55,052 bases of DNA from a virus (IMGVR_UViG_3300045993_000305:1-55052); one strand, 5' to 3'. Positions 38,327 through 46,702 are shown, counted from the stretch's first letter. Program-made: numbers and translations. The notes: generated from the sequence alone by a model not told the origin.

Positions 38327-38540
38327 GAGCTTGGACCCTCTGGGTCAGCACCACCTGATAGCCGCCCATGTGCTTCAGCTGGAGCTCCAGCAGGGCGCGC
38401 TGGTTGAGCGTCAGCTCCACGCCTTCCGGCTGGACGCGCAGGAACGCGGCGAGCTTCTCGATGCGATCGGACAGATCGATAAGCTCGCTGAACATCCGCA
38501 GCTCGTGTGCTTCGTATGGTCCCACTCTCTTGCCCATCAT
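38319..38540 (-). CDS. Small helical-hairpin protein (crAss001_48-like)
   Basis: RMFSELIDLSDRIEKLAAFL...LLELQLKHMGGYQVVLTQR. Confidence 0.7.
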   Translation of the reverse strand: MMGKRVGPYEAHELRMFSELIDLSDRIEKLAAFLRVQPEGVELTLNQRALLELQLKHMGGYQVVLTQRVQALG

Positions 38541-39073
38541 CCCCCCTTTGGGTTGGCGGGCCCAGAGATGTCCTTGCTGGGCGCCGTGTACTGCTTGATC
38601 TCAACGACGATGCCGCCGGCAACCGTCGCATCCACGCTCTGGAGCCTCGCGTGCTCGTACGGTGCCACGTCCTTCGCCGCCTGCTGGGCGATGCCAACGT
38701 GCCGGCCCGCCTCCATCCTCAGCTCGTTGGCTGTCTTCCTGAAGCTCTCCATCACGTCGCCGTCGGTCGCAGCCGCGGCAAGCGCATCGAGCTCCCGGGC
38801 CTCGGCCGCCTTTGCGTGCGCGCTCTCCCACGCCATCCGCATCGTCGTCAGGAGCAAGTCCTTCGCGCTGATGCCCTCTGGGGCCACCACAGGCGCGTCG
38901 CCCTTCATTGCCAGTCCGGTGGACGCCAGAGCGAGCGCCCCAGCCACCACAGCCTGCGATACGGGCCCGCGCTTGCCGGCGCCCTTCAGCTTCGTCTTCG
39001 CGCCCTTCGGGCGTCCAGATCCGGGGCGAAAGCCGCCGCGGCCCTGTCGTTTGGTTTCCCCGGGGGTTTCCAT
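38537..39073 (-). CDS. terS: Terminase small subunit
   Basis: RGGFRPGSGRPKG N-terminus, AAKDVAPYEHARLQSV; upstream of terL. Confidence 0.8.
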   Translation of the reverse strand: METPGETKRQGRGGFRPGSGRPKGAKTKLKGAGKRGPVSQAVVAGALALASTGLAMKGDAPVVAPEGISAKDLLLTTMRMAWESAHAKAAEARELDALAAAATDGDVMESFRKTANELRMEAGRHVGIAQQAAKDVAPYEHARLQSVDATVAGGIVVEIKQYTAPSKDISGPANPKGG

Positions 39074-39234
39074 GCGCTCCTTTTTGGTGCGTTCGAGAGG
39101 AGAATCAGACCCAGATCTGATATTCGATTGATATGGGTTGAATTGCGCCAGATTCTGGGTGATTTCCAGACTGATGCGATTAAGGCGCCAATCGTCTCAT
39201 TGGACGACCCCGGGTTCCCCCGGGGCCGCGTTGC

Positions 39235-39453
39235 CTACCTGAACCTGAACCAAGACCTCGATTCGCCGCCTTCAACGAAGACCAGCAAGAGCGCGATCAG
39301 GAACACCACCGACACAACGGCGATAGCTCCTCGCAGGAACTTGTTGAAGGGGTCGGGGATCTTGAGGAAATCCACCAGCCACCACAACAGCCACGCGATG
39401 CCACCCACTGCCGCCGTGCGAATCACAAAGTCTACGAACACCGATACGTTCAT
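39235..39453 (-). CDS. Small two-TM membrane protein
   Basis: Two hydrophobic helices around IPDPFNK. Confidence 0.75.
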   Translation of the reverse strand: MNVSVFVDFVIRTAAVGGIAWLLWWLVDFLKIPDPFNKFLRGAIAVVSVVFLIALLLVFVEGGESRSWFRFR

Positions 39454-39531
39454 GTCACTACCTCGGTTGGAATGCTCCCGGGATGCCGGGCCAACCCTTC
39501 TGCGTACCGCTCGTTCAGCGGATGCCTCACT

Positions 39532-40008
39532 TCAGTTGCCGAGGGCGCGTCCTGTCGAGCTGCCCCTGACGATTCCGTGTCCCCACAGAGAGAACGGTCT
39601 GAACCAGTCGCGCGGGACGTACATCGTGTCCTGCCAGCCCGTTGCCTGCCCTCGATCGTTGCGCCCGCTCTTGACCACCTTCAGGCCGGGGTCATCCATC
39701 ACTACCGTCCAGAGCGCGCAGTCTGCGAAGTGCAGGGCGTAGAACACCGGGGCGTCTACCTCCTTACCAGCTGCCACCATCCGTTGCCACTTGTCTACGC
39801 TCATGGTGTAGCTGTCGTACGCTTCGCTGTGAACGTATCGTCGCTTCGCCTCCAGCAGTCCCACCCAACGGTGGGCGGAGCGAAGCGCGAAGTCGGTTGC
39901 GCTCAGATCTGGCAGCTCGAACCAGCTGTCGCACTTCAGCACCGGCAGGAACGCGTCTGCGATGATCCGACCGTTGACTCGGTCGACCTCCGTCTCGCGC
40001 CGAGGCAT
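39532..40008 (-). CDS. PD-(D/E)XK nuclease-like protein
   Basis: TDFAL...LLEAKRR, MSVDKW, GRNDRG. Confidence 0.75.
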   Translation of the reverse strand: MPRRETEVDRVNGRIIADAFLPVLKCDSWFELPDLSATDFALRSAHRWVGLLEAKRRYVHSEAYDSYTMSVDKWQRMVAAGKEVDAPVFYALHFADCALWTVVMDDPGLKVVKSGRNDRGQATGWQDTMYVPRDWFRPFSLWGHGIVRGSSTGRALGN

Positions 40009-40193
40009 TACTCTTGATCGATCAGACGAATCACCTCGTGCATGGGCAGCACGGTGTAGATGGACCCGCTGCCGTTCAGGTTGATGTGGGTGCCTCCGCC
40101 ATGCGCCGGCGGCTCAGGCTCGATGTGCGTGATACGGTACACGTTGATCCAGATCCAGTCGCCGTTCTCGTTTGTGACTTTGATCAGCTTCAT
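40008..40193 (-). CDS. FlbD/SwrD-like small protein
   Basis: IKVTNENG...INVYRITHIE...THINL...EVIRLI; SD GGAGGGGAG. Confidence 0.6.
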   Translation of the reverse strand: MKLIKVTNENGDWIWINVYRITHIEPEPPAHGGGTHINLNGSGSIYTVLPMHEVIRLIDQE

Positions 40194-40268
40194 GCTCCCC
40201 TCCGGGTAATGTGCGTTATATGTGACATTAGGTGCGCTTTAAGCCTCTTTTGTGCAACATAGCTTGCG

Positions 40269-40451
40269 TTACACGGCTCGGTAGATGAAGCTCCAGCTGC
40301 CCGAACCGTCGAAGTTGGTGGTGTGGATCCCCTTGCGGTGTATCCACTCCAGCCACACCCACTGCGAGCGCCCGAAAATCGCCACCGGGTACCACGCGAA
40401 CCACGGGTGCCAGAACTTGCGATCGACCGTGAGCTTGCGCTTGAATCTCAT
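40269..40451 (-). CDS. Trp-rich hypothetical protein
   Basis: WHPWFAWYPV...WVWLEWI; ATGA overlap; SD AAGGAGG. Confidence 0.7.
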   Translation of the reverse strand: MRFKRKLTVDRKFWHPWFAWYPVAIFGRSQWVWLEWIHRKGIHTTNFDGSGSWSFIYRAV

Positions 40452-40636
40452 GTCCCCTCCTTGAGCGCGGCGCGGCACTTGATTACCAGCGGATCGATCT
40501 CTGGGTCATGGCTTTGCTCTCCGATCATTTCCGCAAGCGCATCCGTCACTTCCAGCAGCAACTCCCGCAGCGCCTCGCGCTCTGCCCGTACCGCCGCGAT
40601 AGCTTCGGAGGCTTGCCGCATCAGCGTCGCGCTCAT
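40448..40636 (-). CDS. Hypothetical protein
   Basis: ATGA overlaps; ends CRAALK. Confidence 0.65.
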   Translation of the reverse strand: MSATLMRQASEAIAAVRAEREALRELLLEVTDALAEMIGEQSHDPEIDPLVIKCRAALKEGT

Positions 40637-40863
40637 CGCGCCAACCCGCTCTGGATGCGCTGCCACAGCAGGGCGCAGTATTTCACGTCCATCTCGTGCT
40701 CGTGCGCCTTCACCGCCGCTCTGACCGCGGTCGCGTCCTTGAACGCGTACCACCAGTTGTCCACCGCCTCGGATGGAGTGTTGCCCCAAGCAGAGAACAT
40801 GCGATCGGCGCTATACCAGCAGCACCTCCACAGTCTCCCCATCTTCTTCACCCGGGGCTTCAT
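40633..40863 (-). CDS. Hypothetical protein
   Basis: ATGA overlaps; MKPRVKK...WGNTPSEA. Confidence 0.65.
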   Translation of the reverse strand: MKPRVKKMGRLWRCCWYSADRMFSAWGNTPSEAVDNWWYAFKDATAVRAAVKAHEHEMDVKYCALLWQRIQSGLAR

Positions 40864-41051
40864 TGCTTGCCTCGCCGCGTCCTGCGGGTGGGCGCGAGAC
40901 GATCGGACGTGTCGGCGATCATCTGCGTCACGCGCTCGGACCACTCAGTGGCCCGGTCTACTGCGACGGCGGCGTTGTGCTTTGCTCGCCCCAGCTGGTA
41001 CGCCTGCAACAGCCCAACGCCCAGCCCTTCACCCTGTCTTGGTTGCTCCAC
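40860..41051 (-). CDS. Hypothetical protein
   Basis: GTG after GGAGG; stop overlaps the next ATG; start uncertain. Confidence 0.5.
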   Translation of the reverse strand: MEQPRQGEGLGVGLLQAYQLGRAKHNAAVAVDRATEWSERVTQMIADTSDRLAPTRRTRRGKQ

Positions 41052-41271
41052 TGCCACCCTCCGATGGTGCTGCATTCACTCTGCTCGCAGACTCCAGCGC
41101 CGCAAGTGCGACGCCGGCTGCGCTCAGGCCCGGCGGATAGCCGGAGATCACGATCAGCGCCGCGCGCATGATGTCGCACTTTTCCTCTGCCACGTCTGCC
41201 CGGCGCCGGTGCCTGCCCGCTACCTCCAGCCAGTGCCCGGCGCGCGTCTCGGTTGCCGTGATGACGTTCAC
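41029..41271 (-). CDS. Hypothetical protein
   Basis: GTGA overlap with upstream gene. Confidence 0.6.
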   Translation of the reverse strand: MNVITATETRAGHWLEVAGRHRRRADVAEEKCDIMRAALIVISGYPPGLSAAGVALAALESASRVNAAPSEGGSGATKTG

Positions 41272-41687
41272 TCAGGCTGCCCGGGTTGACGCGGACACTT
41301 GGCGGGAGCGACGACGACATCGCGCCCCATCGCCGCGCCCCAGTTCACGATGATTTGGTCGATCTCAGACTCGCGCCTGTCGGCCGCGGCCTGCGCCTCG
41401 TCCTCATCGATGCCCGGGTCGTTCAGGTCTTCCTCTTCGCCGGTGTCGTAGTCCACCGCCTCTCCGTCGGGGCTGAACTCGATGACCAGCTTGCCGCGAT
41501 CAGGGAGCAAACCCATCCGCCCCAGCTCGCGCAGGTGCAGCTCCAGCAGCGCGTTGCGGACGATTTCCTTCGACCGCGGGTAGTCCTGTTCGGCGCCGCT
41601 GTCCATCAGCGCGGTCAGCAACAGGATCCGGTCGGAACTCAGCTGCTCGATGCGCTCGCCTTTGTCAAAGTCTTTGATATCGCTCAC
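41268..41687 (-). CDS. Acidic hypothetical protein
   Basis: SD GGAGGG; first gene after the leftward promoter. Confidence 0.7.
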   Translation of the reverse strand: MSDIKDFDKGERIEQLSSDRILLLTALMDSGAEQDYPRSKEIVRNALLELHLRELGRMGLLPDRGKLVIEFSPDGEAVDYDTGEEEDLNDPGIDEDEAQAAADRRESEIDQIIVNWGAAMGRDVVVAPAKCPRQPGQPE

Positions 41688-41728
41688 AATTCCCTCCAGA
41701 GTTGGTTTCGATGCCGACCGACGAACGG

Positions 41729-41764
41729 TTGTACGCTGTCAAGCTCGACTGATATATTATAGCA
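41729..41764. promoter_or_regulatory. Overlapping divergent promoters
   Basis: Plus strand: TTGTAC-18 nt-TATATT with TG extension (41729-41758); minus strand: TG-C-TATAAT (41764-41756). Confidence 0.7.
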
Positions 41765-41808
41765 CTTGTAGCAGATAGCGTCCCTCACACCCCCACTAGG
41801 AGCCCAAG

Positions 41809-42177
41809 ATGTCTAACGCCACGTTCACTCCCGCCTCGATCAGCTTCTACCCGCAATCGAACCTCTGTGTCGTCGGATCCAACCCGGAGATGGCCGACAT
41901 CGACAACCCCCGCGGCGACATCATCCGCGAGGTGTGGTACATCGTCGCCGCCAACGAGAACGGCGACACCCGCGAGTCAGGCTCGTTCGGCGATCACGAG
42001 TGGTCCCGCGTTGACGCCGAGAAGACCGCCGTCGCGCTCTCGATCCGCTCCCAGTCCCTCGGCAAGCTCCCCGTCGGATTCGACGACTGGCGCGACGGCC
42101 GCCCGCAGTACGGCTCCTCCGCCTACCTGATGTACGGCGCCGACGACGACATCGAATGGGAGCGCCAAGCCGCCTGA
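41809..42177 (+). CDS. Early hypothetical protein
   Basis: SD AGGAG; strongly C-ending codons; ends RQAA. Confidence 0.8.
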   Translation: MSNATFTPASISFYPQSNLCVVGSNPEMADIDNPRGDIIREVWYIVAANENGDTRESGSFGDHEWSRVDAEKTAVALSIRSQSLGKLPVGFDDWRDGRPQYGSSAYLMYGADDDIEWERQAA

Positions 42178-42181
42178 CTGG

Positions 42182-42237
42182 ACCCACCGTCGAGGGGCTG
42201 CGCGCCCCTCCGCAGTGCGCCCCGCACTTCAACAGGA
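42182..42237 (+). repeat. Structured intergenic repeat, copy 1
   Basis: ACCCACCGTC-GAGGGGC/GCCCCTC-CGC-AGTGCG/CGCACT-TCAACAGGA. Confidence 0.8.
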
Positions 42238-42244
42238 GCCCAAG

Positions 42245-42796
42245 ATGTCCAAGACCTTCACCCACACCGTCGCCGGAGTCCCCGGCACCCGCAAGTCGCC
42301 GCGCGTCTACACGCACGCCACCGTCGTCACCTACGATCCGGTCTGGTACCAGCAGCACAAGGAGCTGGGCCGCCTCCAAGCGTTCGAGCTACGCGCCCAG
42401 CAGGACTGGGACTACTACGCCAACGTGCTCGCCAACGACAAGCAGCTGCGCTTGCGCGCTCTCACCGATGACGCCGCGTTCGCCGCCAAGATTCTCGCCC
42501 GCAGCCCTGAGCGCGCGGAAGAGATCGCCGGCTGGGAAGGCATCAGCCTGTCCAGCCACGAGCGCACGATCGCCAGCGCCCAAAAACTGCTGATCCGCTG
42601 GGGCACCCGCGAAGGCTACATCGCGGCCGAGCGCGTGGCCGAGAAGCAGAGGCTCGAAGCCGAATACGCGCAGGGCGTCTCGCGCGGCGTCCTGTCGTGG
42701 CACCAGTCGCCCGGCGCTGCCGCGGCGTTCGCCAACACGACAGCGAACAAGGGCGAATGGGCCGCCGTCGAGGTGTGCCCGGTTCAACGCTCCTGA
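42245..42796 (+). CDS. Early hypothetical protein
   Basis: SD AGGAG; TRKSPRVYTHA N-terminus and VLSWH C-terminus around a helical insert. Confidence 0.8.
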   Translation: MSKTFTHTVAGVPGTRKSPRVYTHATVVTYDPVWYQQHKELGRLQAFELRAQQDWDYYANVLANDKQLRLRALTDDAAFAAKILARSPERAEEIAGWEGISLSSHERTIASAQKLLIRWGTREGYIAAERVAEKQRLEAEYAQGVSRGVLSWHQSPGAAAAFANTTANKGEWAAVEVCPVQRS

Positions 42797-42811
42797 GCGC
42801 CCAACGCGCAC

Positions 42812-42842
42812 GCAAAAGGCCCGCGATCTGCGGGCTTTTTGC
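42812..42842. terminator. Bidirectional intrinsic terminator
   Basis: GCAAAAGGCCCGC-GATCT-GCGGGCTTTTTGC between convergent genes. Confidence 0.85.
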
Positions 42843-42858
42843 TTGTGGGACTACGGGC

Positions 42859-42942
42859 TCAGCAGCCCTTGCCCTTGCCCTTGCCGCCCTTACCGGGCAT
42901 CAGTGGCAGGGGAGACGGATGCTTCTTCGATGAGACTTTCAT
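42859..42942 (-). CDS. 27-aa basic micro-protein
   Basis: AAGGAG-5 nt-ATG; MKVSSKKHPSPLPLMPGKGGKGKGKGC. Confidence 0.6.
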   Translation of the reverse strand: MKVSSKKHPSPLPLMPGKGGKGKGKGC

Positions 42943-43189
42943 TGTAGCTCCTTGATAGGTTGAGCCGAGCCCGCCACTCGGAGTAGGACACCAGAAGATA
43001 CGCCGCGCGGTCGGCGTCTACGATGCGCGTCACCACCACTTGCTTGGAGGTGACGCACCACAGCTTGAACAGCGCCAGCTTGGCACGCGCCCACCACAGA
43101 TACTTGGTCGGCTTGAAGAACCGAACGTACAGCGACTCGCTGTCCTTCGACTCGTGCTCCTGAATCACTTCGCATACCGGATAGTGCAT
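42890..43189 (-). CDS. Hypothetical protein
   Basis: TGATG overlap with the upstream membrane gene; MHYPVCEVIQ... Confidence 0.55.
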   Translation of the reverse strand: MHYPVCEVIQEHESKDSESLYVRFFKPTKYLWWARAKLALFKLWCVTSKQVVVTRIVDADRAAYLLVSYSEWRARLNLSRSYNESLIEEASVSPATDAR

Positions 43190-43557
43190 CACTTTCCCTC
43201 CTCGCTCTTGATCTCGTCTCCCACCACGTTCTCGGGCTTTGCGAACGCGGCATTGAACGCCCGGCCTCCGACGAAGATGCCCAGCGTGCCCAACAGAATC
43301 GTCTCGACCGCCTGCTCGCGCTCCAGCAGACGCAGGATCGTGAACACGCTCAGCGCCGCCATCACGATGACCACCAGCTTGTACAGGTCGGCGCGGCCGC
43401 GCTTGTCTACCACCATGTCCGACAACAGGAAGCGGCTCTCCTTGTCGACGTGCATCCGGTACAGCTGGGTCATCAGCCACACACCGGCAACCGTCAGGCC
43501 CAGCTCGGACCACGGGACGTCCGCGAACACCTCGCGAATGTAGGCGCCAACGCTCAT
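43189..43557 (-). CDS. Membrane protein, putative holin
   Basis: Three hydrophobic segments and a charged C-terminus. Confidence 0.55.
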   Translation of the reverse strand: MSVGAYIREVFADVPWSELGLTVAGVWLMTQLYRMHVDKESRFLLSDMVVDKRGRADLYKLVVIVMAALSVFTILRLLEREQAVETILLGTLGIFVGGRAFNAAFAKPENVVGDEIKSEEGK

Positions 43558-44492
43558 GTGTAGAACGGGTAGCTTCGGTTCTTGGTTCCAAACACTCCGT
43601 TGCTCTGGTAGTGGCAGTCAACGAAGTGCAGGTAGGGGGCGACGTTCAGCGTGTCGGCCGCGCGAGCGGAGTCGCGCCAGCACCGCACCAGCAGCACCGC
43701 GTCGGGCTCCAGAATGTGAGTGCTGTCGAGGATCCGCCAGCGGAAGTTGGGCTGCGCCACGATCGTCGTGCTGGCCACAGAAGCGAGCGTCACCTGCGAT
43801 GAGCTGGTGTACGCGCTGATCGACGTGTCCAGAGGAGCTCCGGCGACGCCGGCGCCGAGCACGCGCACCGTCTTGCTGATGTCGTCAGCGGTCCACGGTG
43901 TCGACGCGGACGTCAACACCCCAGACCCGGACGCGATCGAGACGTTCCCGCCAGCGACAACCAGCCCGCCGGCGGTGGCCAGCAGCGTCTCCGAAATCAT
44001 GTGGCTGAAGGCTCCGCCCGGGGCGCCGGATGCGCCTACGGTGACGGACGCGCCAGACCCGTCGGTGCCCTCGAACACGTCGCGCCCGTAGCCCGCAGAG
44101 GCAACGGCCTCGAACAGCCAGTTCGCCTGCCCGGTAGGAGATCCAGCGGTTGACCAGTGCGAATGGATGTAGAAATCGCTATCCGGCACAAAGTCGTGGC
44201 TCATGTGGAAGTTGACGAACACCTCGATGACGCCAGCGGCGGTGCCGAACGAATACTGGTAGATGTTGCCCTTGTAGGCCGACCACACAGGTGGCGACCC
44301 GCCGCCGGCAATGGCCCGGTCGATCGCGCCAGTCATGTCCGCCCACCCGAAAGTGGGGTTCGCCGTGTCCACCTTGATCCCGGTGCCTACGGTCTTGGGG
44401 ACCACCAGCCCGGCCGTGAACGACTGGACGGTCTTCCAGAGGTTGTCGACGCCCAGCTTCGCGGCTGTGGCGCCGACGTCTATGCCGAACAT
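43554..44492 (-). CDS. Putative fibre/spike protein
   Basis: Beta-rich; FHMSHDFVPDSDFYIHSHW; DCHYQSN; Gly/Ser/Thr-rich insert. Confidence 0.65.
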   Translation of the reverse strand: MFGIDVGATAAKLGVDNLWKTVQSFTAGLVVPKTVGTGIKVDTANPTFGWADMTGAIDRAIAGGGSPPVWSAYKGNIYQYSFGTAAGVIEVFVNFHMSHDFVPDSDFYIHSHWSTAGSPTGQANWLFEAVASAGYGRDVFEGTDGSGASVTVGASGAPGGAFSHMISETLLATAGGLVVAGGNVSIASGSGVLTSASTPWTADDISKTVRVLGAGVAGAPLDTSISAYTSSSQVTLASVASTTIVAQPNFRWRILDSTHILEPDAVLLVRCWRDSARAADTLNVAPYLHFVDCHYQSNGVFGTKNRSYPFYT

Positions 44493-44493
44493 G

Positions 44494-45393
44494 CTACTGG
44501 AGCACCACCGAGACGGCTTCGATGACGACGACGTCGGTGGCCGTTCCCTTCGCAACGGTGAACGCCAGCACAAACGCCGCGCTGGTCGTCTCCGCCTTCA
44601 GGGCGGCGGCTTCGCGAACGAACGCGGTGGCGCCAAAAGCGAGGCCACCCACGATCTGCTTGTCCGCCACGCCGTTGACGTGGATCGTCTTGTCGCTGTT
44701 CACCTCGGCCAGCGACGTCAGTGTGTCGGTGTGGAACGTGGTTCCGGCGACGTTGGTCATCCGCACCAGCGACGTCTTGGCGTTGGCGTTGCTCGTCGCG
44801 TTGAACTTCTTCAGGATCCGAATCCGCGCGTTGACGTCCAGCGCCGCCAGCGAGACGCTGAAGTACGCGGCCTCAGTGGTGGGTCCAGTGAACGCCCCGG
44901 GCCCGGTCTTGCTCCACAGGGTGGGCGAGGCAACGGCTTGCGGCTCGCTCGTGCCGTTCCACGTCTCCTGATACACGGTTGCGGCCGTCGTCGTCGTCCA
45001 GACCGTCCAGTACCAGCCGGCCGGGCTCGCCGTGAAGATGGCGCCCGTCGGGAACCATGTGTACGTCTTCAGGTAGATGAGCGGATTGACCGTGCCAGAC
45101 GTCAGCGCGCCGTTGTTGCCCATTGAGCCCGTCGGGGCGATGATCAGCGGGATGTTGCTGCGCCACATTTCGCAGCCAACCGAGCAGCTCTTGCTACCGT
45201 TGGCGTTGACGTCCTGTCCCAGCGTCCAGTCGCCCAGCTTGACCGTCGCGCGTTCGTTGTTCGACGCCCGCGACGGCAGGACGTATAGGCCGAGGCCCAG
45301 CGTGTCGCCCGGGTCGTGCTCGACCGTGATGCGACCCGGATAGCCGGAGAGATTTTCACCGCCGACGTGCAATGCGTCTTTGTCGATTCCCAT
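44494..45393 (-). CDS. Putative fibre/spike protein
   Basis: Thr/Ala/Gly-rich; IIAPTGSMGNNGALT; TSNANAKT. Confidence 0.65.
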   Translation of the reverse strand: MGIDKDALHVGGENLSGYPGRITVEHDPGDTLGLGLYVLPSRASNNERATVKLGDWTLGQDVNANGSKSCSVGCEMWRSNIPLIIAPTGSMGNNGALTSGTVNPLIYLKTYTWFPTGAIFTASPAGWYWTVWTTTTAATVYQETWNGTSEPQAVASPTLWSKTGPGAFTGPTTEAAYFSVSLAALDVNARIRILKKFNATSNANAKTSLVRMTNVAGTTFHTDTLTSLAEVNSDKTIHVNGVADKQIVGGLAFGATAFVREAAALKAETTSAAFVLAFTVAKGTATDVVVIEAVSVVLQ

Positions 45394-45401
45394 GTCGTCT
45401 C

Positions 45402-46097
45402 CTAATCAAGCTCGTGAACGTAGAGGTTCCCGCCAGTCGCGACTTGGATCGCGCTGACCTTGTCTCCCGGGTAGCACGGGATGTTCTCGGGAACGTTCGC
45501 CGCCAGCGGGTAGTCCGCGGCCACCGCGGTCGGGCTGATGCCGACGCGAATGAACGCGGCCGTCGTGCAGAGCACGCGCACGAGGAAGGTGTTACGGGCG
45601 TTGTCGCTGCCGCCAGACGGCGCGCTGAACGACAGTGTCGTGCCCACCGGGGTCTTGAAGTCGATCGCGTTGCCGGCCGCGCCGTAGGCGATGGTCGTGA
45701 TGAGGAACGCGTGGTTGGTGACGGCGGCTGCGGCGGTCACGAGCGTGCTCGCCGCGGCGCCGATCCCGCTGTTCGCGTAGTCGGTGCCCGCCGTGCCGGT
45801 GTGGTTGATACAGCGGATCAGGTTCAGCAGGGCCGCGTCGGCCGAGCCGGCGATCAGCACCTGTCCTGCCGTCGGGGTCAGCGCGGTCTTGAACGTGTAG
45901 ACCTGCCCGCCGATGCTGACGGTGTCGCCGTCTGCCGGCGTGACGTTGTTCGACGTCAGCGTGGTCGTGGCCTGCGTCTGTCCGAGCGGGTTGGCGATCG
46001 TGCCGGCGGTGCCGGTGTAGGCGACGGTCTGCCCGGTGCCCGGCTTCATCCTGAAGTACGGCGCTCGGAAACCGGATTGGTCTTTGTATGCGGGCAT
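45402..46097 (-). CDS. Putative head-spike base/decoration protein with inserted beta domain
   Basis: VRVLCTTAAFIRVG-x-x-PTA...LAANVPE...GDKVSAI...GNLYVHEL jelly-roll pattern, interrupted by a PADGDTVSIGGQVYTF domain. Confidence 0.65.
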   Translation of the reverse strand: MPAYKDQSGFRAPYFRMKPGTGQTVAYTGTAGTIANPLGQTQATTTLTSNNVTPADGDTVSIGGQVYTFKTALTPTAGQVLIAGSADAALLNLIRCINHTGTAGTDYANSGIGAAASTLVTAAAAVTNHAFLITTIAYGAAGNAIDFKTPVGTTLSFSAPSGGSDNARNTFLVRVLCTTAAFIRVGISPTAVAADYPLAANVPENIPCYPGDKVSAIQVATGGNLYVHELD

Positions 46098-46217
46098 TGC
46101 TGTTCTCCCTGCGCCCTGTGCTGGCGCGCTCTACGGTTGATGGGTGCCGGCCATCTCATGCCCCTCGTGACGACAGAGGAGGGGGCTGCGCCCCGTGGGC
46201 ACGAGAGGCCAGCATGG

Positions 46218-46325
46218 AAAAAGTCGCCGACGTGCTAATGCAGAGGTCGGCGACAAGCGGGCGGGTGGCCCGCTAACTTGCCGGTTTAAGTCCCGGCGTA
46301 CTTGGCCGCACGGTTGCGATCCAAG
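46218..46325 (-). ncRNA. Candidate small RNA / attenuator leader (four hairpins, the last a terminator)
   Basis: Starts just after TGCTATAAT; stems at 46301-46325, 46280-46297, 46256-46274 and 46223-46254 followed by TTTTT. Confidence 0.55.
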
Positions 46326-46329
46326 CTCA

Positions 46330-46338
46330 ATTATAGCA
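46330..46338 (-). promoter_or_regulatory. Extended -10 promoter
   Basis: TG-C-TATAAT overlapping the stop codon of the lipoprotein gene. Confidence 0.65.
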
Positions 46339-46702
46339 CGCGGGCACGCTTCCGGCATGCGTCCCCAGTCTCAGGAACGACATGCGCGGGTAGCGTGAGG
46401 CTGCCGGCGCGGACGTAGACGTCGCCGTTCCGATCAGCCACCGCAAGCAGGCAGGCAGCCAGCGCGGCATTTCTCTTCGCCTTTGCGTACGCCGCACGCT
46501 CCGCAGAGCGAAGACGCTTTGCTTTGACGATCGGCGCCGGAGCGGGGGCGGGAGCCACCACCGTCGGAACCTGCACTGGAGCCGGCGCCACGATAGTGGG
46601 CGCCTGCACAGTGATGGGCTGGACCGGGACCGGCGCGGGCTTGGATCCGCACGCCGCCAGCGTTGCCGCGAGAACCGCGGCCAAGAGAAGTCGGGTGTTC
46701 AA
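46331..46702 (-). CDS. Pro-rich lipoprotein
   Basis: SD AAGGAG, TTG start, lipobox LAAC, PAP repeats. Confidence 0.75.
   Translation of the reverse strand: MNTRLLLAAVLAATLAACGSKPAPVPVQPITVQAPTIVAPAPVQVPTVVAPAPAPAPIVKAKRLRSAERAAYAKAKRNAALAACLLAVADRNGDVYVRAGSLTLPAHVVPETGDACRKRARVL

Noticed and set aside
39454-39531. CTGAACGAG in a hairpin-rich spacer as a hammerhead ribozyme
   Set aside because: Core does not match CUGANGA and lacks a properly placed GAAA; only two simple hairpins
46280-46297. GACTTAAA loop resembling a tRNA-Leu(TAA) anticodon arm
   Set aside because: No acceptor stem, D arm or TTCGA T-loop; not a tRNA
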